Source of the DNA: Tubulanus polymorphus
Lineage: Eukaryota; Animalia; Nemertea
DNA: 64,000 nucleotides
Direction of reading: 5' to 3'
Assembly: GCF_964204645.1 (NCBI RefSeq)
Contig: NC_134033.1
Location: 7,448,655 to 7,512,654, forward strand
The notes beneath the pieces are model-generated. The model did no database searches and was not told where the DNA came from. It saw nothing but the letters and a program-made list of their open reading frames with translations. Positions 1 to 10,054 of the stretch are shown here, in pieces; positions within the stretch are counted from its first letter, which is position 1, and each line of letters starts with the position of its first letter. The translations under genes and the position numbers were made by a program.

Positions 1-225
1 AGACGAGTGAGCCATACTTACTAGATTGGTCATGTGAATCAACATCAAATTTAGAACTATCATCCATTTTTAGTTTTCAATCAAAGACCAACCTATGAAA
101 TAAAGTACATATTTTTCTGATAACAACCTGGAATAAATTAAAATAAATCTGAGGAATTCACCAAATTTCTGTATCAAACCCCTAATAGGGCCTATATAAC
201 CTATAGATTGATACTTACATACGAC

Positions 226-493
226 AGTAATAGGGATAATGGGCTTTCAGGCCAAAGGTCGAACGGTCGAGCTCGTAAAAATGAAAAAACATAAAAATAA
301 TAACAATTTCTACTTGAATTACTCGCAAAACTCATAAAAATGAAAAATAAATTCTCACACGCTCGAATTTATTTTTCATTTTCATGAGTTTCACTCCTAA
401 TTCAAGTAGAAATTGTTATTATTTTTATGTTTTTTCATTTTTACTCACCCGCCCGTTCAACCTTTAGCCTGAAAGCCCATTATCCCTATTACT
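226..493 (+). repeat. Left TIR, itself a 268-nt imperfect palindrome (fold-back hairpin)
   Basis: AGTAATAGGGATAATGGGCTTTCAGG at 226 and its reverse complement ending at 493; exact reverse complement of 17805-18072 by eye. Confidence 0.97.
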
Positions 494-575
494 CTTAAAA
501 TATTCACATATATATGAATAACATTTAAATCATTGAACTTCTAAAATCAATTTTAATAAAAAATATAGTATTAAA

Positions 576-3500
576 ATGGAAGCAAATAAATACTACTGCC
601 CAACATGTAATATCGATATAGACAAGTCTCAAAAAGCAAGACACAATAAAACTATAACACATTTAGAGAATAAATTGAAACTAGAGTATAAGGATGATAT
701 ATTAGAAACTAAATTAGAAGAATTAAAGAATGAAAAAGAAACATACAAATGTGGTACATGTAATCAATCATTCAGTGATAAAAGATATTATAAAGAACAT
801 TTAAAATCTATAAGTCATATTAGAAATAAGAATAATGATATTTTAGGTGAAGATTATTTTGATAATGACAATGATAAGAAACAGAAAACAATTAAAAGAA
901 TAAAAAATAAATTAAACAATAAAAGACCATACATGGAAGATGTAAGAAATTATATTAATTCATTAGATAATAAAAAAGATATAGAGATAACCGAAGCATT
1001 TAAAAGTGATATTGGTCCAGCAGCTATCGAGTTTAAATTTCATAAAGGTAAAACAATAGAAGAAAATAAAAAACATTTAGAAAATATGAAAGAAATAATA
1101 AAAATAATTACAGATGTTGAATATCCTAAAATAAGTATATCTTCTAAAGTAAAGTTTATAAAATCTGAAGATAAACCAATATATAATATTAATTCTCATT
1201 CACAACATATTATATCTAAACAACATATAGATGATAAATTAAATAAATGTTATAATGAAATAAAAACTAAAATAGAAGAGAAATATTTTGAAGGATCTGG
1301 TTTAATATTTGATGAAATAATATTTATGACTTTACATGTTTATAACACAAAATATAATAAGTTAACTAAATCAAAACCAATTGATGAAAATAATTTATCA
1401 TATTATAAAGAACCAGATATTGAAGCATCAAGTTATATTAAACTACCATTTAAAACTAATGCTGTAATAAATATACAAAATGAAGATGATAAATGTTTTC
1501 TATGGGCTATAATAAGTTGTTTACATCCAGTTGAAGATTATAATAAACATACTTATAGATTAACTCATTATAAACAATTTGAAAATAATTATAAGATAGA
1601 TAAGTATCCTGTTAGAATTAAAAACATCCCCAAAATAGAAAGAGATAATAATTTAAAGATAAATGTATTTGATTTAATTAAATTACCAAATACAAAAGGA
1701 AATAATATTAAACATTATACATTAGAACCTTTATACCTATCAAAAGATTATGATTCAAACGATGTTATAGATATACTATATTATGAGAATCATTATATGT
1801 GGATTAAACAAATAGATTTATTTTTCAAATCAGAAAATGATCACCATAAAATATATCTATGTAGAAAATGTTTACATAAATTTAGTAATGAAAGTACATT
1901 ATTAAATCATAAACAACTATGTGATAATCATGATTATTGTAAATTAGTTTTACCAAATGAAAAAGATAAAATATTAGAATTCAAAAAATATGATTACAAA
2001 AATAAAGTACCATTTGTAATATATGGAGATTTTGAATCATTAAATAAAGAATTAACAGATAAAGATAGAAAAGATATATATTATAAAAGAAAGAAATTAA
2101 ATTCTAATGAAAATGATTTTTCACATGAACCACCAAAAACAAATACTATTAAAAAGATTCATCAATCAGCTGCTGCTTTCGGGTTATATATAAAATCTGA
2201 TTATCCAGAACTAATTGAAAGTGAATATTATAATTATAGAAATGAAAATGTTATCAATCATTTTTGTGACTTATTAATTGAATATGAAATAAGATTTAGT
2301 AAATTATTGAATACAAATAAAGAAATAATTATGACAGAAGAAGATAAAGAAGTATTTGAGTTTAGAGATAAATGTTATTATTGTGAAAAGATATTTAATT
2401 ATAAAGATAAAAAAGTAAGAGACCATGATCATTTGAACGGAAAGTTTAGAGGCGCTGCACATGAGAATTGTAACTTACAAGCTAAGAAAATTAATTTTGT
2501 ACCAGTTATATTTCATAATCTATCAGGATATGACGCGCATTTATTCATTAAGCAACTATGTCGTAAAATAGAAGAAATTAATAATGAAATAGAAATATTA
2601 AATTCAAATAGATCAAAAGATAAAATACCAACTTATAAATTTAGAATGTTAGCTAAAACATCTGAGAATTATATATCATTCCAATTTGGTTGTTTAAGAT
2701 TTATAGATTCATATAGATTTTTAAATAGTTCATTAGATAACTTATCAAAATCATTAGTTGATGATGAATTAAAGATATTAAAAGAATATTACCCAAATTA
2801 TGATGATTTTAAATTAATGAGATATAAAGGAGCGATTCCATATTCTTTCTATAAAAATCATAATGATTTTAAAATAACTGAATTATTGAAAGAACAATTC
2901 TATGATGAATTAAAAAATGAATATGTTAAAGATGAAGTTTATAATAGAACATTGAATATTTGGAATCATTTTGAAATTTAAAATCATGGACAATTAGTAG
3001 ATTTATATTTAAAATCAGATGTATTATTATTAACCGATATATTCGAAAGGTTTAGAGATGTAAACCTAAAATATTTTAACATTGATCCATGTCATTGTTA
3101 TTCATCACCAGGATTAACATGGGATTGTGGATTAAAATTTACAGATATAAAAATGGATTTGTTAACAAATATAGATCAATTACTATTATTTGAAAAATCT
3201 ATAAGAGGAGGTGTTTCAGGTGTATTGGGTGATAGATATTTCAATGTAAATGATAATCCTGGATATAAATTATTATACATAGATGCAAATAATCTTTATG
3301 GTTGGGCAATGATGGAACCACAACCTTATGGGATGTTTGAAATAACTGAAGTTTTACAAATTGATAAATTTGATTGGAAGAAAAGAATCCTAGATATTGC
3401 AGATGATTCAGATATTGGTTACTTCTTTGTTGTAGATTTAGAATACCCCGAAAATATTAAATTCAAATCTAGAAATCTAGCATATTGTCCCGAACATAAA

Positions 3501-4607
3501 ATTGTTAAACATGAAGAATTATCAAATTATCAAAAAAGAATTAAACCCGATAATCATGTTCATACTGAAAAGTTAATGGTAACTCAAGAAGATAAATATA
3601 ATTATGTAGTACATTATAGAATGTTGAAGTTTTATTTGAATCAAGGAATGATATTAAAAAAAGTACATAGATATATTTCATTTAATCAATCTAAGTGGTT
3701 AGAAAAATATATAGATTTTAATACTACACAGAGAACTAAATCTAAAATTGATTTTGAGAAGGATTTTTTTAAGTTAATGAATAATGCGTTTTATGGTAAG
3801 ACTTGCCAAAACATAAGAAATAGAAGTGATTTTGAGTTAGTTAGTAATGGTAAAAGGATAAGGCATTTACAATCATATCCTAAGTTTATAGGTAACAGAA
3901 TATTTGATGAAAATTTAGCAGCAGTTAAAATGAGAAGAACTTCTATGAAGTTCAATAAACCTATTTATGTTGGTGCATCAGTTCTAGAAATTTCAAAATT
4001 ATTAATGTATCAATTTTACTATAATGTATTGCAACCCCATTTTGGGGAAAAACATATTGAAATATTATATTTTGATACAGATTCTTACATATTAAAGATA
4101 AAAAGTGATAATATAAAAGATGATTTAAAAATATTAAATCATCATTTTGATTTCAGCAATTATCCCAAAGATCATGAACTATTTAGCAATGATAATAAAA
4201 AAGTTCCTGGGAAGTTTAAGGATGAATTAGGTGGTGAAGAAATGATAGAGTTCATTGGTATTAGATCTAAAATGTATAGTTATAAAACTAAAGAACATGA
4301 AGCTAAAAAGTTAAAAGGAATAACCAAAAGCGTTGTTGAAAAGAATATTCATTTCAAAGATTACATCAATTGTATATTCAAAGAAGAAGTTAGAAAACAT
4401 AAGATGAAATGTTTAAGATCTGAAGATCATGAAATGTATATTGAAGAGATAGAGAAGATAAGTCTAAACCCATTTGATGATAAAAGATATATTTTAGATG
4501 ATGGAATCCACACAGTCGCCTATGGTTGCAATTTAGATGAATATATAAAATTCAAAAGAGAAGAATCAAAAGAAAATGAAATTATGAAAAGGATTCTAAC
4601 GTGTTAA
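576..4607 (+). pseudogene. polB: Protein-primed family B DNA polymerase (pPolB), about 1343 codons, with one in-frame TAA at 2979-2981
   Basis: ORFs 576-2981 and 3153-4607 are in the same frame and the gap reads NHGQLVDLYLKSDVLLL. Motifs: YGDFES (ExoI), FHNLSGYDAH (ExoII), YIDANNLYG, KLMNNAFYGK, YFDTDS; N-terminal zinc fingers; OTU-like DKCFLWA...HYMWIK; endonuclease VII-like RDHDHLNGKFRGAAHENCN. Confidence 0.95.
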
Positions 4608-4635
4608 TAAATTTCAATAAAAATTTGTATAATAA

Positions 4636-4977
4636 ATGGAGAGTAAACAAGTACACAGTGAATTCTTAGATAGAATTAAAGATACCACAAATGTAAAATC
4701 TGTAGATTATAAATTCAAAAAATTAACAGAATTAACAATTCACAAGAAATATTTAATTACAAATATTGTTACAGTTACTAACAAATATGGAGATAAATTA
4801 GTAATTCATTTAGAATATGAAGGATTAAAAGGAAATAAATATAAATTCAGAACTTATTTACCAGATAGATTTCATAGATTATCAAGTGAAGATCTAGAAG
4901 AATTATGTTCTGGAGATTTCTATTTCGTATACAAAGGTAAGAATGAAAAAGGGCACCATGAAATAGATTTCGAATGA
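4636..4977 (+). CDS. 113-aa conserved Polinton protein, candidate OB-fold ssDNA-binding protein
   Basis: Intact ORF with TAAATG start; homologues at 34907, 44980 and 50100(-) with mostly synonymous differences. The function is inferred only, from the beta-strand/aromatic pattern, the acidic tail EIDFE and linkage to polB. Confidence 0.6.
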   Translation: MESKQVHSEFLDRIKDTTNVKSVDYKFKKLTELTIHKKYLITNIVTVTNKYGDKLVIHLEYEGLKGNKYKFRTYLPDRFHRLSSEDLEELCSGDFYFVYKGKNEKGHHEIDFE

Positions 4978-4994
4978 GAAAATATGTAAAATAA

Positions 4995-5753
4995 ATGGTG
5001 GAATTAAAAGAATACAGAATATTTGTTGATTCTAGAAAACTTACAAATTATAAATCACATAATTTATTAGTACAATTAGACAGAGAATTCAAAAATTGTG
5101 TTGATTTAAAATTAGTAAATATAAGTTTATGTAATTCTTTTTACAATGTATCGGATAAGTCTATTGAACATAGAGTCTTTTTAATTCATGATAGAAATAA
5201 AAGTAAATGGTTTCATCTTTATCTTAAACCAGGATTATATAATTTAGATACATTAGCTCAAGAAATTAATAGAAGAGCTCGGTTGAAAATGGGTGCATCT
5301 GCTGGATTTGGATTAAGACTGATTAAAAGTGATAGTTCTGATAAAATAAGAATAAAATTAGGTAATGAAGATCAACATCAATTTCTAGTTAAAAAACCTT
5401 TAGCTAAAATTTTAGGAATAACCCCAGATATAAGGATACGCAATGCTGATGCTACACCAAATATAATGCCTTTTACACATTTTTATATTTATTGCAATTT
5501 AATCGATCCTACAAAAACATTCGAAGCAACTAAAGATATAACTTGTAATTCTGGTTTACTAAACATTTTACCATTGAAGAATGTTAAAGAATTTGGAACG
5601 CAAATAAATTATAATTTAACAGAATGTGATTTCAAACCATGCATTCCTCATTTTAATAATTTTAGATTAGAAATTAGAAATCATAATGGATACTTAATTG
5701 ATTTAAATAATTTCCCTGTAATTTATGAATTAGTTATAAGATGTAAAGAGTAA
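4995..5753 (+). CDS. Minor capsid protein (penton, single jelly-roll)
   Basis: Pattern IFVDSR...NSFYNV...LKPGLYN...LAKILG...FYIYCNLI...LEIRNHNGYLIDLN is typical of Polinton/PLV pentons. Confidence 0.85.
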   Translation: MVELKEYRIFVDSRKLTNYKSHNLLVQLDREFKNCVDLKLVNISLCNSFYNVSDKSIEHRVFLIHDRNKSKWFHLYLKPGLYNLDTLAQEINRRARLKMGASAGFGLRLIKSDSSDKIRIKLGNEDQHQFLVKKPLAKILGITPDIRIRNADATPNIMPFTHFYIYCNLIDPTKTFEATKDITCNSGLLNILPLKNVKEFGTQINYNLTECDFKPCIPHFNNFRLEIRNHNGYLIDLNNFPVIYELVIRCKE

Positions 5754-5769
5754 TTTTTTTGATATATAA

Positions 5770-6111
5770 ATGAATATAACTGTTGGACCGAGTATATGTT
5801 TTGGGTTTGATTTTAAACATGGTAAAGAAATGAGAATTAAACTAAATGATGTAATTACTGATATAAAAAGTAAATCATTTAACAATGCATCAATGATTGA
5901 TAAAGAAAAGTATAATATAGAAAAAGTAATTGATTTAATTAAATCACCTTTAGAATATTATGAATTAAATGAAGATGGAATTATTGATGATATTAAAAAC
6001 ATATTATCCAAAATATATGATAATCATAAAAGTAGTAATGAAATAAATGTTGAAATAATCATAAATAAGATAACTAAATATTTTGATGATAGTAATTTTT
6101 TTGATAAATAA
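5770..6111 (+). CDS. Hypothetical protein, 113 aa
   Basis: Intact ORF in the gene array, preceded by T7-N6-TAAATG. Confidence 0.7.
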   Translation: MNITVGPSICFGFDFKHGKEMRIKLNDVITDIKSKSFNNASMIDKEKYNIEKVIDLIKSPLEYYELNEDGIIDDIKNILSKIYDNHKSSNEINVEIIINKITKYFDDSNFFDK

Positions 6112-6333
6112 ATGAGTGATAATAAGTGGATAATTACTGGATTATATAATGGCGCATTACTATCAGTTGGAACTGTTGGTTATTCAATGGTATTAAAAAA
6201 AGGATTCAAAATGGGAAGTGTTAATGTTGATAGATTTGATATAAATGATATTCTAAAATTAACATTAGCAGTTACTTTATCTAATTTAACTATTGATTAT
6301 TTGGAAAAACAAAAATATATTCCTCCCATATAA
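6112..6333 (+). CDS. Small hydrophobic/membrane protein, 73 aa
   Basis: Two hydrophobic helices; preceded by T7-N6-TAAATG. Confidence 0.75.
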   Translation: MSDNKWIITGLYNGALLSVGTVGYSMVLKKGFKMGSVNVDRFDINDILKLTLAVTLSNLTIDYLEKQKYIPPI

Positions 6334-6357
6334 ATGCATAATTTTTTTGTTAAATAA

Positions 6358-6780
6358 ATGGCTTCTGCAATTATAACTATTATAGGATCGGCAATTGTTA
6401 ACGCTTTAGCATTTACTGGTGGTGGTTATTTATTTAAACATATTGATAAAAATAGTTCATTAGGAGAACAAAGAAGACATAACTTAGCGTTAGAGAAATA
6501 CAATAAAGCTGCAGAAGAATATAGAGAAAAGAGACAAAACTATATGGATTACATCAATAAAGAATTATATGATCAGAAGATTTCACATAGAGATTTTCAA
6601 TCAGTTGATGATGCAATGAGTTTATATAACGCGGTAACCAATAAAGAAAAATTACATCTATACAAACCTAAATTATCAGATTATTATACCCCAAGTAAAG
6701 AACAACAGAAATATGAAATAATATAGATTTTAGGCAGAACTGTTATTGTTATATTTGTTGCTTATAAGTTTACTAATTAG
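6358..6780 (+). pseudogene. Membrane/coiled-coil protein (about 140 aa) with premature TAG at 6724-6726
   Basis: Hydrophobic N-terminus and coiled coil; the frame continues past the stop as ILGRTVIVIFVAYKFTN to a TAG at 6780, just before the next promoter motif. Confidence 0.7.
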
Positions 6781-6799
6781 TAATTTTTATTCTAAATAA

Positions 6800-7234
6800 A
6801 TGGAAGATAAAGTTGATAGTATTGATATTATTCCTCATGATATAAATAAAACTAAATTAAAAACATATTTAGAAAAACAAATATTAGAATTTGAAAGTGA
6901 CTTAAAGATAAAAAAGAAAAAATATTTAAAAAGTAAAATTATATATTATTTGATTATAAGTGGTTCGGTTACAATTAGTTCTGTAATAACATTTCTAGCA
7001 ATATTTAGTCCATTAACACCTTTAGCTATATCAATTGGTGTATTAGGATTAAGTTCAAGTGTTTTAACTGGTATAAGTTCAAAATTAAATATAAAAAGTA
7101 ATAAAGAAAAAATCAAAACTAATATAAAAGAAATTAATAAATTAAAGAACACACTAGATTATATAATAAGTTTAAATGGTCATATAACAGTTAAAGAACA
7201 AGATAAATTATTAAAAGAATTAATAAATTATTAA
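6800..7234 (+). CDS. Two-TM helical-hairpin membrane protein, 144 aa
   Basis: Coiled coil, two adjacent hydrophobic helices, coiled coil, ending NGHITVKEQDKLLKE; resembles the putative membrane-active proteins of adintoviruses. Confidence 0.7.
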   Translation: MEDKVDSIDIIPHDINKTKLKTYLEKQILEFESDLKIKKKKYLKSKIIYYLIISGSVTISSVITFLAIFSPLTPLAISIGVLGLSSSVLTGISSKLNIKSNKEKIKTNIKEINKLKNTLDYIISLNGHITVKEQDKLLKELINY

Positions 7235-7250
7235 TTTTTTAATTATATAA

Positions 7251-8558
7251 ATGGTAGATAGTTTTCCAAAAGCTTTCCAATATAATAAATCAATTAAATA
7301 TAATATTCCGGCAATAGATTTTAAGAAAAATATTACATATAAAAATAGAGTTTTAAATTCATTAACTAATTTAGAAATTTATGTTAATGAATCACAGTTT
7401 TTTATTTCTAAAATGGAAAATATATTTAATACATATGAAGTTACTTTTACTCGAGATGAATATCATATATATAAAGTAAAATCTAATATGAAGTATTGGC
7501 AGAATCAATTAAATTTTGCTGTTTATTGTGCAACAACAGGATGTGGAATTAGTTGGAATGATCATTTAAATAACTTAGATAAAAATTTGAAGTATTCTGA
7601 TTTAAAATTAATTCACACAATATTTAGATTTCACACATATTTTCAAATCAGAATAATATTAAATGAATTAGAATGTCCTTTACCCGGGTCTAAATATTTT
7701 AAAGAATTGGATAATAATATTAATATATCCAAGTTTTATAAAATATGTAATGAATTTAATATAAATATTAATTCCGATTTTAGAGCGCATGGTAAATTGC
7801 AAGGTGTTGGTGAAGAGTTTGAAATAAAAAGAATTGATTATATGCATAGAATTTCAGCTTATCATAATTATAAAATTGATAATAATAATGGTTGGGTTAA
7901 TTTCATTTTAGAAAATGGTGAAGGTTTTACAAAATCTGGTATACAAAGAATAAATCAATCTATTAGAATTTATTTGATATGTATTCTAGGCGCCCAAGTT
8001 GAAACAAGATCCCCAATAATTGGAAATGATAACACTTCATTCGATGCGCAGAAACAGTTTAAAGTTTTATTTGAAGATTCCATACATGATGATAAAAATA
8101 GATCGATTCCAGAAAACATTATAAGATATCAAAATTATTTAGATAAATCTCATGTAAGACTTAATCATTGTATAGGCCCTAATCTATTAATTATTTCTAA
8201 TGATTTAGTATTAAAGATGGGAAATATAATTGGTTATAATAATCTAATTAAAACTGCAACAATAAATAATTCATTTGGATTGAATGATATAAATAAAAAG
8301 ATTATTACTGCTCCAAAATTAATGGAAGGTGAAAAAAATAAAAAACACATTCAATCAACAGAAACTAAAACTAAGAATATTAAATTGGTTAATGATTCTA
8401 AAATAAAAGATTACAATACATCAGAAAATATAAAAACTGATAAAATTCAACATGATATAATTAAACTAAATGATGATAATAAATCCCATGAAAATACTAA
8501 ATTAGCTATAACTTGTATAGGAATTGTAATCGGAGGAATATTATATTTTAAATTTTAA
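7251..8558 (+). CDS. Hypothetical 435-aa protein with C-terminal TM anchor
   Basis: Intact ORF; motif WQNQLNFAVYCATTGCG; C-terminal LAITCIGIVIGGILYFKF. Confidence 0.8.
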   Translation: MVDSFPKAFQYNKSIKYNIPAIDFKKNITYKNRVLNSLTNLEIYVNESQFFISKMENIFNTYEVTFTRDEYHIYKVKSNMKYWQNQLNFAVYCATTGCGISWNDHLNNLDKNLKYSDLKLIHTIFRFHTYFQIRIILNELECPLPGSKYFKELDNNINISKFYKICNEFNININSDFRAHGKLQGVGEEFEIKRIDYMHRISAYHNYKIDNNNGWVNFILENGEGFTKSGIQRINQSIRIYLICILGAQVETRSPIIGNDNTSFDAQKQFKVLFEDSIHDDKNRSIPENIIRYQNYLDKSHVRLNHCIGPNLLIISNDLVLKMGNIIGYNNLIKTATINNSFGLNDINKKIITAPKLMEGEKNKKHIQSTETKTKNIKLVNDSKIKDYNTSENIKTDKIQHDIIKLNDDNKSHENTKLAITCIGIVIGGILYFKF

Positions 8559-8574
8559 TTTTTTTATTATGTAA

Positions 8575-10033
8575 ATGGCAGAAGGTGTAGAAGATTATGA
8601 AATGGGAGAAATGGGAAATAATAATGAAGGATATATTGATGATGATTATAATGATGCAGAAACTAATATTGATAATAATGATGAATCAGCATATAATTCT
8701 AATTTAGCAGATAGTGGTTCTAAAGGTCAATCAACAGATGAATTTGATAGAAGAACTAGATCGAGAATAAATCCTGAAAATGAAAATCCAGATTTAGTAA
8801 AACAAAATTTAGAATATAATGAATTTATGTATGATTTTCAACATGTATTTAAAGATTCTGGATATAATATAAATGCCAGAGGCGCTAGACTTTTAGTACA
8901 AGAATTAAAATTTTTAGATGGTGAATATTATTATCGTTTGAAAGATGATTATTATATTGATATCTCTTATAAAAAACAAAACAAAATATTAGCAGAATCA
9001 ACTTTGCTTAAGTCTGACTCATTACTATCTAGAATTAAAAGAATAAGAAATAATAATGAAATAGAAGATGTAACACAAGAAGAAATTATTAAAAATGAAA
9101 GAGTATTTAAACAAAGAATTAATGAATTATTTGAAACAATCGATAATAATTTAGAAACAGAAACAACTTCTGAACAGAATATAACTTCCAAAACTAGTAA
9201 ACTTAAATCAAACACTGAAGTTCAAACTGAAAAACTTTTACCGAATGGATTACTTGATGCAACAGATCAAGAAATAGAAGCTTTAAGTATGTTTTCTAAA
9301 AAAACAATTAGAGAAATAATAAGTATACGAGATGAAGCTGATAAAATTGCTCGCGAAAAACATATTAGATATAATAAAATTAAACCTTTAGAAAATAAAT
9401 TATTTGACACCAGAAAAGAATTAGAACAATTAAAATTAGATAGAGAATTTAAAGTTATTGAAGAAATTGAATTTAAAAAAAGAAATGCATATTTAGAAAA
9501 AGAAATTGATGATTTAGAATATAACATAGAATTTCAGAAAGAAAAAATGAAATTATTATTAAAATCATACGATTATTGTATTAATAGATTAAAAGTTGTT
9601 GTTAAAGAGTTAATACTAAAACCAAATTCTGACATATCACTAAAAGACAGAATAAAATTATTATTTAAGTTTGAAGGAATAACGGTTCTTTCAATTCTAA
9701 CAGCTGTAACTATGTTATTTACAACAATTGGTTTAGCAATATCAAATGCTTTAAAATCTACTCCTACTCCAAATAAACCAGATAAACCTCCAGGTAATAA
9801 TTCTATACAAGATAAAGTTAAGGATGGTTTAAAGAAATTAGCAAAATATTTATGGGAACTATCAAAGAAATCTGCTGTAGCACTACCAGGAGTTATTGCT
9901 TCAATTGTTGGATTTTATATTGAAATCTGCAGGTAATATTCTTAACTTTGCTGCTGAACATATTATTTTATTTTTAATCACAGTTGTAAGTGCTATTATT
10001 TTTGGTTTAGTAAACATGATAAAAAATAAATAA
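8575..10033 (+). pseudogene. Acidic/coiled-coil membrane protein (about 485 aa) with a 1-nt frameshift near 9915
   Basis: Removing one T in GGATTTTATATTG extends the ORF with ILKSAGNILNFAAEHIILFLITVVSAIIFGLVNMIKNK to TAA at 10033, filling the gap before the MCP. Confidence 0.75.
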
Positions 10034-10054
10034 TTAATTTTTTTTGTTAAATAA

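Noticed and set aside
2979-2981. Programmed readthrough or a genuine two-gene split of polB
   Set aside because: The homologous copy at about 46360 has a sense codon, and 3153 lacks the TAAATG promoter motif.
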